DNA from: Candidatus Saccharimonadota bacterium
GTDB lineage: Bacteria > Patescibacteriota > Saccharimonadia > Saccharimonadales > SZUA-47
Direction of reading: 5' to 3'
NCBI GenBank assembly: GCA_017993025.1
Contig: JAGONL010000001.1
Location: 12,750-44,749, forward strand
DNA length: 32,000 bases
The notes under the pieces are model-generated. The model made no database searches. It saw only the letters and a list, made by a program, of their open reading frames with translations, and was not told where the DNA came from. The first letter of the stretch is position 1, and each line of letters opens with the position of its first letter. The translations under genes and the position numbers were made by a program. Of this stretch, positions 1-7,586 are shown piece by piece.

Positions 1-28
1 CTCTTGCAAACTGCCACTGGCAGTTTTC

Positions 29-75
29 ACCTACGAATGCTCACTCGTAGGTGATTCCTTCCGTCCCTAGAACCA
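29..75 (+). other. Degenerate tRNA-Gln-derived fragments (not a functional tRNA)
   Basis: acctacgaatgc (29-40) is identical to 292-303 inside the tRNA-Gln gene. It is followed by its inverted partner ctcgtaggt (44-52). GATTCCTTCCGTCCCTAGAACCA (53-75) is a diverged copy of the tRNA 3' end GAATCCTACCGTCCTAGCCA in the opposite orientation. No acceptor-stem partner, so no cloverleaf. Confidence 0.4.
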
Positions 76-79
76 ATTT

Positions 80-101
80 AAAAACCCACCTTTCGGTGGG
101 T
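80..101 (-). terminator. Rho-independent terminator (minus strand)
   Basis: Stem cccacc (85-90) / ggtggg (95-100) with loop tttc. The A5 run at 80-84 gives a U tract after the hairpin on the minus strand. Confidence 0.7.
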
Positions 102-108
102 CATTAAA

Positions 109-127
109 TTGGCTAGGACGGTAGGAT
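109..127 (-). repeat. Exact 19-bp copy of the tRNA-Gln 3' end (att-like direct repeat)
   Basis: ttggctaggacggtaggat at 109-127 equals 269-287. It covers the last 2 nt of the T-loop, the T-stem 3' strand, the acceptor 3' strand, the discriminator and CCA. The match ends inside the T-loop, so no T-arm can form here. Confidence 0.75.
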
Positions 128-235
128 GCTTTACCTAAATAATCTAAGCGCCGAATATAATTCGGGCTTGAGACTATTTAGCGAACCTACTCGCTACGCG
201 AGTTGCTAGGTTCGAAGACTGCTGTAGTAGCCAAA
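128..235 (-). other. Hairpin-rich spacer between the two att-like repeats (possible element remnant or small RNA)
   Basis: On the minus strand there is a hairpin GAACCTA-gcaa-CTCGC-gta-GCGAG-TAGGTTC. A second long hairpin is CTAAATAGTCT-caa-GCCCGAAT-tata-TTCGGCGC-tt-AGATTATTTAG. GGCTA at the 5' side can pair with TAGCC of the tRNA-like 3' end. There is no room for its own promoter between it and the upstream terminator. Confidence 0.3.
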
Positions 236-237
236 TG

Positions 238-260
238 AAAAACCCGTCTCGAAAGACGGG
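238..260 (-). terminator. Rho-independent terminator downstream of tRNA-Gln
   Basis: Stem cccgtct (243-249) / agacggg (254-260), loop cgaa. The A5 run at 238-242 gives a U tract on the minus strand. Confidence 0.7.
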
Positions 261-269
261 CTCTACATT

Positions 270-344
270 TGGCTAGGACGGTAGGATTCGAACCTACGAA
301 TGCCAGTACCAAAAACTGGTGCCTTACCACTTGGCGACGTCCTA
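270..344 (-). tRNA. tRNA-Gln (anticodon UUG), CCA encoded
   Basis: The reverse complement is TAGGACGTCGCCAAGTGGTAAGGCACCAGTTTTTGGTACTGGCATTCGTAGGTTCGAATCCTACCGTCCTAGCCA. Acceptor TAGGACG/CGTCCTA; anticodon stem CCAGT/ACTGG with loop TTTTGGT; T-arm GTAGG-TTCGAAT-CCTAC. The D and anticodon arms closely resemble E. coli tRNA-Gln as I recall it. Confidence 0.9.
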
Positions 345-407
345 ACGTCGTAAGTGTGATAGTGATTTAATCACACTGCCAGCAAAACAAGTTTCCTGGC
401 ACTGTCG

Positions 408-416
408 ATTATATCA
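408..416 (-). promoter_or_regulatory. Extended -10 element (TGaTATAAT) upstream of tRNA-Gln
   Basis: The reverse complement of attatatca (408-416) is TGATATAAT, about 60 nt upstream of the tRNA 5' end. No good -35. Confidence 0.4.
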
Positions 417-570
417 CTAAGCCTTCTCCTCTAAAATTCAAGAATCCTCTCTTGAATTTTTAAAAGCTACAAGCTAGAAAACATCTTAAAACTAGACAGA
501 TTATACCTAAAAACTCTGAACTTTTCCAGAGTAGAAAAAGACTTTATGATTAGACTATACTTAAGAAGTA

Positions 571-1545
571 TTGAAAATTTTCAACTTCATCACTAAAAAA
601 CCAATTAAAGCAGGCGTTTTAAGCGGCATAGTACTATCTGCTTCTTTAATAATAGTTTTCACACTAGTTACCCCAAAAGCTGATGCACCTGTCACTACCT
701 ATGACATTCCTGAGGAACTTAAAAAACTCCTTGAGTCTCCAGAACCTGTTGAACTACCGTTTGGTGGGCGTAGTGTCATACCAGATTATAGGTTTGTGGC
801 ATTGTACGGTAGCCCAGAATACCCCTCACTTGGTGCACTTGGCGAGCAACCTCTTGCTGACTCCATTACCCGTGTCAAGAATTTGACTGCTGAATACCAG
901 ATATTATCACCAGAAAAAATAATCCCAACATTTGAAATAATCACAACCGTAGCATCAGCAGAACCAACAGACAACCAAGATTACTCCCGCGAAATAGACC
1001 CTGCCAAGCTAAAACCCATTATAGACACGGCAAAAGAGCAGGGAATATACGTTGTGCTTGATTTGCAACCCGGTAGGACCGACTTCCTATCCCAGGCCAA
1101 GATATACGAGTCGCTACTACTAGAACCCCACGTAGGCCTTGCTCTTGACCCAGAGTGGCGACTTCAAACACCGCAGGCTAGGCACTTAAAGTCAGTAGGT
1201 TCAGTATCGGCGGACGAAATAAACCAAACCTCCGCCTGGCTATCAGAAATAGTTAAAACCCATGATTTACCCCAGAAAATATTCATGGTTCACCAGTTTA
1301 AAAACTCCATGATAACCAACCGCGAAACTCTTAAAACCGACTATCCAGAACTAGGCTACATCATCCATATGGACGGCCACAGCGCTCTGTCACAAAAAGT
1401 TGATACCTGGAACACCATTAGGGTTAATCTACCGGCAAACGTCTATATGGGCTGGAAGAATTTCTACGACGAGGACCGCCCAACTCCAACACCGGCAGAT
1501 ACCATGGCCCAACAACCAACCCCTCACTTCATTTCATATCAGTAA
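571..1545 (+). CDS. Membrane-anchored/secreted protein of unknown function (possibly a glycoside-hydrolase-like TIM barrel)
   Basis: 324-codon ORF with a TTG start and an N-terminal hydrophobic anchor (GVLSGIVLSASLIIVFTLV). The block VLDLQPGRTDFLSQAK...GLALDPEWR resembles uncharacterised actinobacterial lipoproteins as I recall them. The function is not established. Confidence 0.6.
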   Translation: MKIFNFITKKPIKAGVLSGIVLSASLIIVFTLVTPKADAPVTTYDIPEELKKLLESPEPVELPFGGRSVIPDYRFVALYGSPEYPSLGALGEQPLADSITRVKNLTAEYQILSPEKIIPTFEIITTVASAEPTDNQDYSREIDPAKLKPIIDTAKEQGIYVVLDLQPGRTDFLSQAKIYESLLLEPHVGLALDPEWRLQTPQARHLKSVGSVSADEINQTSAWLSEIVKTHDLPQKIFMVHQFKNSMITNRETLKTDYPELGYIIHMDGHSALSQKVDTWNTIRVNLPANVYMGWKNFYDEDRPTPTPADTMAQQPTPHFISYQ

Positions 1546-1586
1546 TTCTACAGCAACATATTTTTCTATCGTTGTAAATATTCTAC

Positions 1587-1615
1587 TTGCAAAGTCGACT
1601 TAACTTGTTTAGTCT
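1587..1615 (+). promoter_or_regulatory. Sigma70-type promoter, leaderless layout
   Basis: TTGCAA (1587-1592), 17-nt spacer, TAGTCT (1610-1615), then 6 nt to ATG 1622. Confidence 0.5.
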
Positions 1616-1621
1616 TTATTT

Positions 1622-2419
1622 ATGAGCAGGCACAGTTTAATTGAAAGACCAGGGATGATTGAATGGGATGTGCATGCCACTAAATTGCTAAATGCACCAA
1701 ATTCAGACCAAACAATAGAAAAGAGACAAGAATTAGCCCAAAAACACGAAGTGGTTGCCGTATTTTTTGATACAAACGAAATTGCATCACAAGTAGCTAT
1801 TCACGCAGCAAGAGAAGTAAATACAGGAAGAGCAGCAAGAGCAAAACAAGTTGTTATGAAAAACGGCGGAAAGCCTTACCATGATGACAAAATTGCTGCA
1901 ATTAAAAAAATAGACCCAAATATTGTGGTTAAAGAAGACCATATTAGGACTAGTGCATATGACGGACCAGTATTTGTCGGTGCCCACGTTTTAACAGACA
2001 ATCCAGACATGCTTCCTCAAACTCTAGAACCAGGAGACGAAGTTGTTTTTAACGATGACGGTTTAGATACAGGTGAATCTCTTATGGTGTCCGCAGATTT
2101 TGTATATGATAATTATGGAATAACAGACTTCTCAGCTGACACCGCCTTAACGAAACAACCAGGGTTAATAATTGCAGGGTTCCGAGAGACAACAGCTTTG
2201 TTCTCGACACCTTTTGGTGTATTTGGAGAAGGTTATGGATTTGATAATAATGGAAAAAACAGGGAGACTCGCATAGTAGCGGTTTCTTGGAACCAAGATC
2301 CTGCGAATTTCGAGAGAGTTGAACATACCTTGGATGTACTAGGCGGTACTGCCGGTTTTGCTATAGCATCAATTGATGAAATCATAAAATACAACAGAGA
2401 AAGACTTAGTTTAAACTAA
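1622..2419 (+). CDS. Hypothetical protein (265 aa)
   Basis: Uninterrupted ORF with the promoter placed directly upstream. No motif I recognise. Confidence 0.65.
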   Translation: MSRHSLIERPGMIEWDVHATKLLNAPNSDQTIEKRQELAQKHEVVAVFFDTNEIASQVAIHAAREVNTGRAARAKQVVMKNGGKPYHDDKIAAIKKIDPNIVVKEDHIRTSAYDGPVFVGAHVLTDNPDMLPQTLEPGDEVVFNDDGLDTGESLMVSADFVYDNYGITDFSADTALTKQPGLIIAGFRETTALFSTPFGVFGEGYGFDNNGKNRETRIVAVSWNQDPANFERVEHTLDVLGGTAGFAIASIDEIIKYNRERLSLN

Positions 2420-2446
2420 TTTGCTAGTCATTGACTACTTAGCAAG

Positions 2447-3586
2447 CTACAGAATTAACATGGCGTCGCCAAAAGAGTAGAACCTATACTTTTCAGCAAT
2501 TGCGTGGTCATAAATCCGTTTTAGTTCAGCCTCAGACCCCACAAAAGCCTCGACCATCAAAAGTAAACTTGTACCAGGTAGATGAAAGTTAGTAATCATA
2601 CTATTAACAGTCTTAAAGCTATACCCAGGCTGGATAAAAATATCCGTACTGCTCATCAAATCGCCAGACACAGCCCAGGATTCCAGTGTACGTACAGTTG
2701 TCGTACCGACCGCTGTTATGTGTTTTGCACTCAGTAGTTTATCAGCCACCCCAGGCTTTATCTCATACCATTCAGCATGCAGTTTTCCGGTCTCAAAGTT
2801 CACATCTGTCAAACTAGCGAAAGTGCCAAGCCCCACGTGTAATGTTACTTCCTCTACGTCATGTTCAGTTTTAACCTTTTCAAGTAATTGGTCTGTAAAA
2901 TGTAGCCCAGCAGTAGGCGCAGCTTTAGACCCCAGTGGTTTAGCATAAATCGTCTGGTATTCTTCGGCCAGTTTGTCGTTTTGCAGGCATACACTACATA
3001 CTACTCTTTCTGATTCAGGGGCACCTGAAAGTGACGAGATAGGTGTTTTATCTGACTGAGGCGATACTGAAGTATCGGTGATGGAGGAAAAACGACTAGA
3101 TTGTTGCTTTAGGTGTTCCTGAACTCGAGAGCAGGAGTGTGTGGGGTGTGCCCTAATGTAAGGTGGCAGGGGGATATGCTCAACGGCTAGCAATCGCTTA
3201 TCGTCATGTTGGATATTCAGTTTTAGCGTTCTAATTCCATCATCATCAATAGCAGTCGTCTCCACCGATAGCCATTTATTAATCTCAGACTTTTGGCCAA
3301 GTTTAAACTTACTTCCAGGCCTTATTAGCGCCCTAATGGTGTGAGTATCCAGCTTTTCCAGTACAAATATCTCTGTTTTGCCAGCGTCAAACAACCACCT
3401 ACAGTTTTCAACCTTAGAGTTATTAACAACTAATGTCGTATCTGGTTTCAAAAATTTAGGCAGTTCAGAAAAAACCGTATCAATTATAGTTTTATCAGCA
3501 CGTGAATATACCAGTAACCTAGCAGAATCGCGAGGGTGGGCAGGCTCCTGAGCAATCAGCTCCTTAGGCAATTCAAAATCAATCAT
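2447..3586 (-). CDS. queA: S-adenosylmethionine:tRNA ribosyltransferase-isomerase (QueA) with an internal insertion
   Basis: N-terminus FELPKELIAQEPAHPRDSARLLV. Also PLPPYI, YQTIYA, APTAGLHFT, VGTTTVRTLES, TNFHLPGTSLLLMV and YRFYSFGDAMLI, all collinear with E. coli QueA. Confidence 0.9.
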   Translation of the reverse strand: MIDFELPKELIAQEPAHPRDSARLLVYSRADKTIIDTVFSELPKFLKPDTTLVVNNSKVENCRWLFDAGKTEIFVLEKLDTHTIRALIRPGSKFKLGQKSEINKWLSVETTAIDDDGIRTLKLNIQHDDKRLLAVEHIPLPPYIRAHPTHSCSRVQEHLKQQSSRFSSITDTSVSPQSDKTPISSLSGAPESERVVCSVCLQNDKLAEEYQTIYAKPLGSKAAPTAGLHFTDQLLEKVKTEHDVEEVTLHVGLGTFASLTDVNFETGKLHAEWYEIKPGVADKLLSAKHITAVGTTTVRTLESWAVSGDLMSSTDIFIQPGYSFKTVNSMITNFHLPGTSLLLMVEAFVGSEAELKRIYDHAIAEKYRFYSFGDAMLIL

Positions 3587-3623
3587 CCACTACTTTATAA
3601 CAGATTAGATTGAACATAATCTA

Positions 3624-3652
3624 TTGACTTATATACCATTTTGTTATATTAA
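3624..3652 (+). promoter_or_regulatory. Sigma70-type promoter, leaderless layout
   Basis: ctaTTGACTt (-35 at 3624-3629), 17-nt spacer, TATTAA (3647-3652), then 7 nt to ATG 3660. The same ctattgactt box recurs at 4181-4190. Confidence 0.55.
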
Positions 3653-3659
3653 TAATTTA

Positions 3660-4136
3660 ATGTATGGAATATTACAAAACTACACCTATGCTGAACAGCT
3701 CGGATATAATCCGGAAATAGTTAAGGGCTATGTAGTCGGACTTCAGAGGAATAATCATGGCGTATATATTTTTGATGTTGCCGCAGCTAGGGCACCTCAC
3801 CACGGGTATGTTGAAAGCCTAACAGGATTTGTCGCTTTAGAAGTAGATATTGGTGCCAATATTGATTCTCCTTACCCTGTTACAGATATAAGCTTCGAAA
3901 CAGACCCAAATAATCCTCTCTTAATAGAACTATTTACTTACGAAGCCGACCCGGATGACGATGATTCTGAAATAGTTCTCGGGGTTGCACAAGCGCTTTG
4001 GATGGCATTAAAAGGTAAAATTCCTAAGTCAGAAAGCATGAGGTGCAAACAAGTTTTTGACCAAAATACTACACATAAATCTTGGCTAAACGAAATAGAT
4101 TTTCTTGGCAAGATAAAAGCAGAAGAACAATTTTAG
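3660..4136 (+). CDS. Hypothetical acidic protein (158 aa from ATG 3660)
   Basis: The ORF track starts at TTG 3624, which is itself the -35 box, so ATG 3660 is the more likely start. No recognised motif. Confidence 0.6.
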   Translation: MYGILQNYTYAEQLGYNPEIVKGYVVGLQRNNHGVYIFDVAAARAPHHGYVESLTGFVALEVDIGANIDSPYPVTDISFETDPNNPLLIELFTYEADPDDDDSEIVLGVAQALWMALKGKIPKSESMRCKQVFDQNTTHKSWLNEIDFLGKIKAEEQF

Positions 4137-4183
4137 TTTCTATTGTGTTTCTATAACCAAAGATAAAAAAATACGACAAGCTA

Positions 4184-4212
4184 TTGACTTTATTGTAATT
4201 ATGTGCTATTAT
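4184..4212 (+). promoter_or_regulatory. Sigma70-type promoter with extended -10, leaderless layout
   Basis: TTGACT (4184-4189), 17-nt spacer, TGcTATTAT (-10 at 4207-4212). ATGs follow at 4216 and 4219. Confidence 0.6.
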
Positions 4213-4215
4213 AGA

Positions 4216-6018
4216 ATGATGAATAGTCCCCAGAATACTCTTTTTTACTTAGATTTTGCGACAATTGAAGCAAGAGACACACTTTGTGCTGAAGTCAGCA
4301 AAAGACTCGACCCAGATAATTCAAGGCTACGCCAAGATCCAGATTTTTCACTATTGGGTCAGCAAATGGTCGTAAGAGCGCTTGAACTTAAGCCAGTAGA
4401 CATAGTAATTCTTACAGAAGATGCCAAACGAGACGAAGATTCAGATGATTTTAGAAAACAACAAAGGTCTGCTGAGCTTACTAACGGTATTGTCCAGGCA
4501 AGAGAATTCCAACCCTCATTAGTTGTATTAAATTCACTTAATAGAATAACCAGAAATGACATATCAGGTGATCTAAACCTTGAACTAGCACGAGGATATA
4601 GCGAAATTGCATTGCGAACTGGAAAAACCGGTCCTGAAAGCATTTTCTTGCAACGCGCAAACGAAAACGCACTAGTGGCTATTGTAAAAATGACTGATCA
4701 ACATGATACCGAAAAATTGATAGAAATATCTAAAGAAGCTTACTTGACAGATTTTGTAGCGACAAAAGTAAAATTAGCTTTGCTTTCAATGAGCGACTAT
4801 GACCAGGTAAGGGACGATCACGACCAATCAGCAGAAGAAATCTACCAAGAGCTAAAGCCAGGTTTTACTGAAATTGTGAGTCAACCAGACTTCATTAAGT
4901 CCGATTTAGACAAGAAATTATTCACTCAATTTATAGAAAGCACAGTCGAAAGTAGGCTAGATCATTTTGAAGAACTACTAGAACTTATTGAAAAGGCTCT
5001 AGACGAAGATAGTATATTCAACTACGCTATCAAACGACTATACGAAGCAACCATGGAGAGTGCTATTTTCAGAGGCTCAAAAATGCTACTTGATGCAGAA
5101 AAAACAATTGAAAGAATAAAAAGCCCTAATACTCTAAATTTCTATTTACTGGACCTACACGCAAAATACGAACTTAACGAGAGGCTGAGGAGTGAAGCAG
5201 GCGAAGCACCACAAGAGCCGTTCTATGTCCAGGCTCTTGATGTAATGGATAAAGTTAGGCTAAATACTGATAGAAACAGCATATACTATGGAGATGATGC
5301 AGACTTTGTAAATGTCGTAATAGAGGATATCGCACGGCACAATGACCTAGATGCTTTTACCAGATTTACTGAATCAGATGTTCGAAAATTTATAAACGCT
5401 GGATACTCTCAAAATATTCTTTTTGAAAAACTACTTTCTTTTGGTGATATAGATGTTGCAAACGAAATCCTACCTGTTATTGTAAAAAACCTTCAAAACG
5501 ATTTACTGATCAGGTTCTCACAAACTGCATCAGAAATGGGCAGAACAGATTTGTGTAATAATGCATTTAATTTGGCTGGTGGCAAGAGATTAAGGGCAGA
5601 ACTTCACGGAATTTTAATGGATTCAAAAAAAGACGATGTTTCGGGAGTTGTAAAAAGTCTTGAAGACCGAACTGTACCTGCATTATCTAGAGTCAAGAAC
5701 TACCTAACTTTCAGAGCAGATAATGAAGCCGTAGATATCCCAGATTCAACAATCATCAAGATGATTGAGCAGTGCGATCAAAAATCAAAAGGTGCACTAA
5801 GGCCACTTATGGAAGTCGCCAAAATTGGCTTCATAAAAGAGAGTCTAGCCGTAGTCTTAGCAGTATTTCCTAAACTAAACGATGAATTTAGAATTAATGC
5901 TCTATTAGTTACACGTCACTCGCACCCAGATTGGGTTGAACAGATGCTGTTAGTTTCTGATGCTAAAACAGCTAAAGGCTACTATGAAATTCTAGAATCA
6001 CTAGGCTTGTCGAAATAA
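4216..6018 (+). CDS. Large hypothetical protein, probably all-alpha/repeat-like (about 600 aa)
   Basis: Long uninterrupted ORF. The track start 4201 lies inside the -10 region, so 4216 or 4219 is preferred. No catalytic motif recognised. Confidence 0.65.
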   Translation: MMNSPQNTLFYLDFATIEARDTLCAEVSKRLDPDNSRLRQDPDFSLLGQQMVVRALELKPVDIVILTEDAKRDEDSDDFRKQQRSAELTNGIVQAREFQPSLVVLNSLNRITRNDISGDLNLELARGYSEIALRTGKTGPESIFLQRANENALVAIVKMTDQHDTEKLIEISKEAYLTDFVATKVKLALLSMSDYDQVRDDHDQSAEEIYQELKPGFTEIVSQPDFIKSDLDKKLFTQFIESTVESRLDHFEELLELIEKALDEDSIFNYAIKRLYEATMESAIFRGSKMLLDAEKTIERIKSPNTLNFYLLDLHAKYELNERLRSEAGEAPQEPFYVQALDVMDKVRLNTDRNSIYYGDDADFVNVVIEDIARHNDLDAFTRFTESDVRKFINAGYSQNILFEKLLSFGDIDVANEILPVIVKNLQNDLLIRFSQTASEMGRTDLCNNAFNLAGGKRLRAELHGILMDSKKDDVSGVVKSLEDRTVPALSRVKNYLTFRADNEAVDIPDSTIIKMIEQCDQKSKGALRPLMEVAKIGFIKESLAVVLAVFPKLNDEFRINALLVTRHSHPDWVEQMLLVSDAKTAKGYYEILESLGLSK

Positions 6019-6063
6019 TTGCTATTTGATAGTTGCCAGTATTTATCCCGGCCGATATTGGGT

Positions 6064-6097
6064 GTTTAGTTCAGGCGTAGAATACTAAACTTTTTTT
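6064..6097 (+). terminator. Rho-independent terminator
   Basis: Stem gtttagt (6064-6070) / actaaac (6084-6090) followed by T7 (6091-6097), 46 nt after the stop of the 4216-6018 gene. Confidence 0.7.
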
Positions 6098-6159
6098 GTT
6101 GCTCGTGGGCTAGCCGGCTCCTGAGCTATCAGCTCATTTGGGAGTTCAAAATCTATCAT
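6085..6159 (-). pseudogene. Remnant of a queA 5' end (24 codons: MIDFELPNELIAQEPASPRATKKV*)
   Basis: 6101-6159 aligns without gaps to 3528-3586, the true queA start, at an offset of 2573 bp. The best block is ggctcctgagc.atcagctc....gg.a.ttcaaaatc.atcat. The reading frame dies in the T7 tract of the neighbouring terminator. Confidence 0.8.
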
Positions 6160-6278
6160 TGTGTTATGCATATTATAATAAAGTAACGGTAAAAATAGTA
6201 ATTAGTTTTTCAAGATAGTTGTAATCTAAGGCACTTTAAAGTGGCCATTATTTCAAATAAAGTCTTGAGGCTTGCAAG

Positions 6279-7229
6279 TTATGATACCTGTGAATTAGCA
6301 GGCGGTAAGTTTATAGATTCTGGCGGTAGCTGTTTAATGATTCTTTGCAGTCGTGTGTATAGTCCGCCTTCATGACACAAATAGCTTCCGCTTTTATATA
6401 TATAAGTTGGAGATATGTAATCATACCCATCGCGTCCACCGGGATCTGTTAAGACCTTATTACTCCACGCAAAGACTTGTCCGTCACCAATCACCAGCGG
6501 TCTTGAGTAATGCCCTTCAGAGCCATTTATTTTCATATGGTCTGCATGTTGCTTATCGAGAGTTGTAGTATCTTTAGGTACGTCATTCACAGCTTTAGTT
6601 ACAACCCACTGCCCTAGTAAGTACGCATCTTTACTGACAGCAACTCGTTCGTCAACTTCTCTAAGCAGACCGTCAGTACATAAATATACTTTTTTTGTAT
6701 TTGTAGGGTCAAGGTCGATTGCACTGTTGTCATGTCTATAATTAGCAGTAACCACACTCGACATTCCGTTTCTTCCAAATTGGACGCCACCAAGTACCCT
6801 AGCTCCTAATAAATAACCCGATGGCGCAGGTACGGATCTTGCCTCCTCAAAAATTTTATTTCTTGTTAGCCCAAACCATCTACGCTCAGTAACTTGGAGT
6901 CTTTTTTCTTCACTGACTAGCGCTTTAGCTCCTGGTAACCCAGCACTTCGCATTGCATTTAGAAAATTAGCAATAAGATCAACTTCATCACCACTGAATA
7001 TTTCAGCTGGGTCGGTTCCTGAAAATAAGTGGTATTCATCAAGCCACTCCTGGTGGCAGCTAATTTTTGCCGCAGTGATTGTCTCTAAGTTCTGTCGAAT
7101 AGCCTCTTCTTCAGCAACACGCTTAGTCTCCGCTAATTGTCTCTCGGCTTCTTCTTGAGTAGGGTCAATTGGTGGGAGCAGTTGATTAGACATAGCTTGT
7201 GCTCTTAGCGCTTCGATAAAGTCTGCCAT
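6279..7229 (-). CDS. Hypothetical protein, paralog family Q (316 aa)
   Basis: Paralog of 7587-8564, with collinear N-terminal halves (FEALR.QA...DP.Q.EA.RQLAE, ITAAKI, YHLF.GT.PAEIFS, SAGLPGA.AL.SEEKRLQ, KKVYLC.DG.LREVD, LGQW.VTKAV). GAGG sits 8 nt before the ATG. It contains LGGVQF at residues 146-151. Confidence 0.7.
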   Translation of the reverse strand: MADFIEALRAQAMSNQLLPPIDPTQEEAERQLAETKRVAEEEAIRQNLETITAAKISCHQEWLDEYHLFSGTDPAEIFSGDEVDLIANFLNAMRSAGLPGAKALVSEEKRLQVTERRWFGLTRNKIFEEARSVPAPSGYLLGARVLGGVQFGRNGMSSVVTANYRHDNSAIDLDPTNTKKVYLCTDGLLREVDERVAVSKDAYLLGQWVVTKAVNDVPKDTTTLDKQHADHMKINGSEGHYSRPLVIGDGQVFAWSNKVLTDPGGRDGYDYISPTYIYKSGSYLCHEGGLYTRLQRIIKQLPPESINLPPANSQVS

Positions 7230-7264
7230 ATTAAAAACCTCAACAATATTATTTAATTATGTTT

Positions 7265-7293
7265 ACAATAACGCAAATTTCATAGAAAATCAA
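7265..7293 (-). promoter_or_regulatory. Promoter of Q-family gene 6279-7229
   Basis: On the minus strand: TTGATT (7293-7288), 17-nt spacer, TATTGT (7270-7265). The 5' UTR has GAGG (7241-7238). The block is about 90 percent identical to 8600-8628. Confidence 0.55.
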
Positions 7294-7334
7294 TCATTAT
7301 CTTTGTCTATAACAGATAAGAATATTGTTAACGA

Positions 7335-7363
7335 TTGACTTTAATATGTTTTTATGATATGAT
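7335..7363 (+). promoter_or_regulatory. Sigma70-type promoter with extended -10, leaderless layout
   Basis: TTGACT (7335-7340), 17-nt spacer, TGaTATGAT (-10 at 7358-7363), then 8 nt to ATG 7372. Confidence 0.6.
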
Positions 7364-7371
7364 TAAAAGAT

Positions 7372-7563
7372 ATGGCCACTCTGCCCGACGTAAATCATTA
7401 TGGAATACCATATTCACCTGAAGATAAGCAGAATCATCTTCGGGTTGTACCTGTTGAAGCAACAGTGCCTGATGTAATTGAAAGAATAATATCTGCATCA
7501 CCCAGAGAGACAGTTGCTAGTTTCGCACTTCGCAACGGCATGGATGCTCTTTTTGAATCTTAA
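7372..7563 (+). CDS. Small hypothetical protein (63 aa)
   Basis: An ORF with a near-consensus promoter placed for a leaderless start, sandwiched between the two Q-family paralogs. Confidence 0.5.
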   Translation: MATLPDVNHYGIPYSPEDKQNHLRVVPVEATVPDVIERIISASPRETVASFALRNGMDALFES

Positions 7564-7586
7564 ATCACCTAGTGCTAGTTTATAAT

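Noticed and set aside
110-235. Possible tmRNA, SRP RNA or intron-containing tRNA on the minus strand, ending in the tRNA-like ...CCTACCGTCCTAGCCA.
   Set aside because: There is no T-arm, because identity to tRNA-Gln stops inside the T-loop. There is no 5' acceptor partner TAGGACG, no GGAA/AGCA SRP apex, and no convincing tag ORF ending in hydrophobic-AA. It is far too short for tmRNA. It is better explained as an att-type duplication.
433-461. Hairpin aaaattcaaga-atcctc-tcttgaatttt as a terminator.
   Set aside because: No gene on either strand ends next to it. It sits between the tRNA promoter region and the 571 gene, so I left it unannotated.
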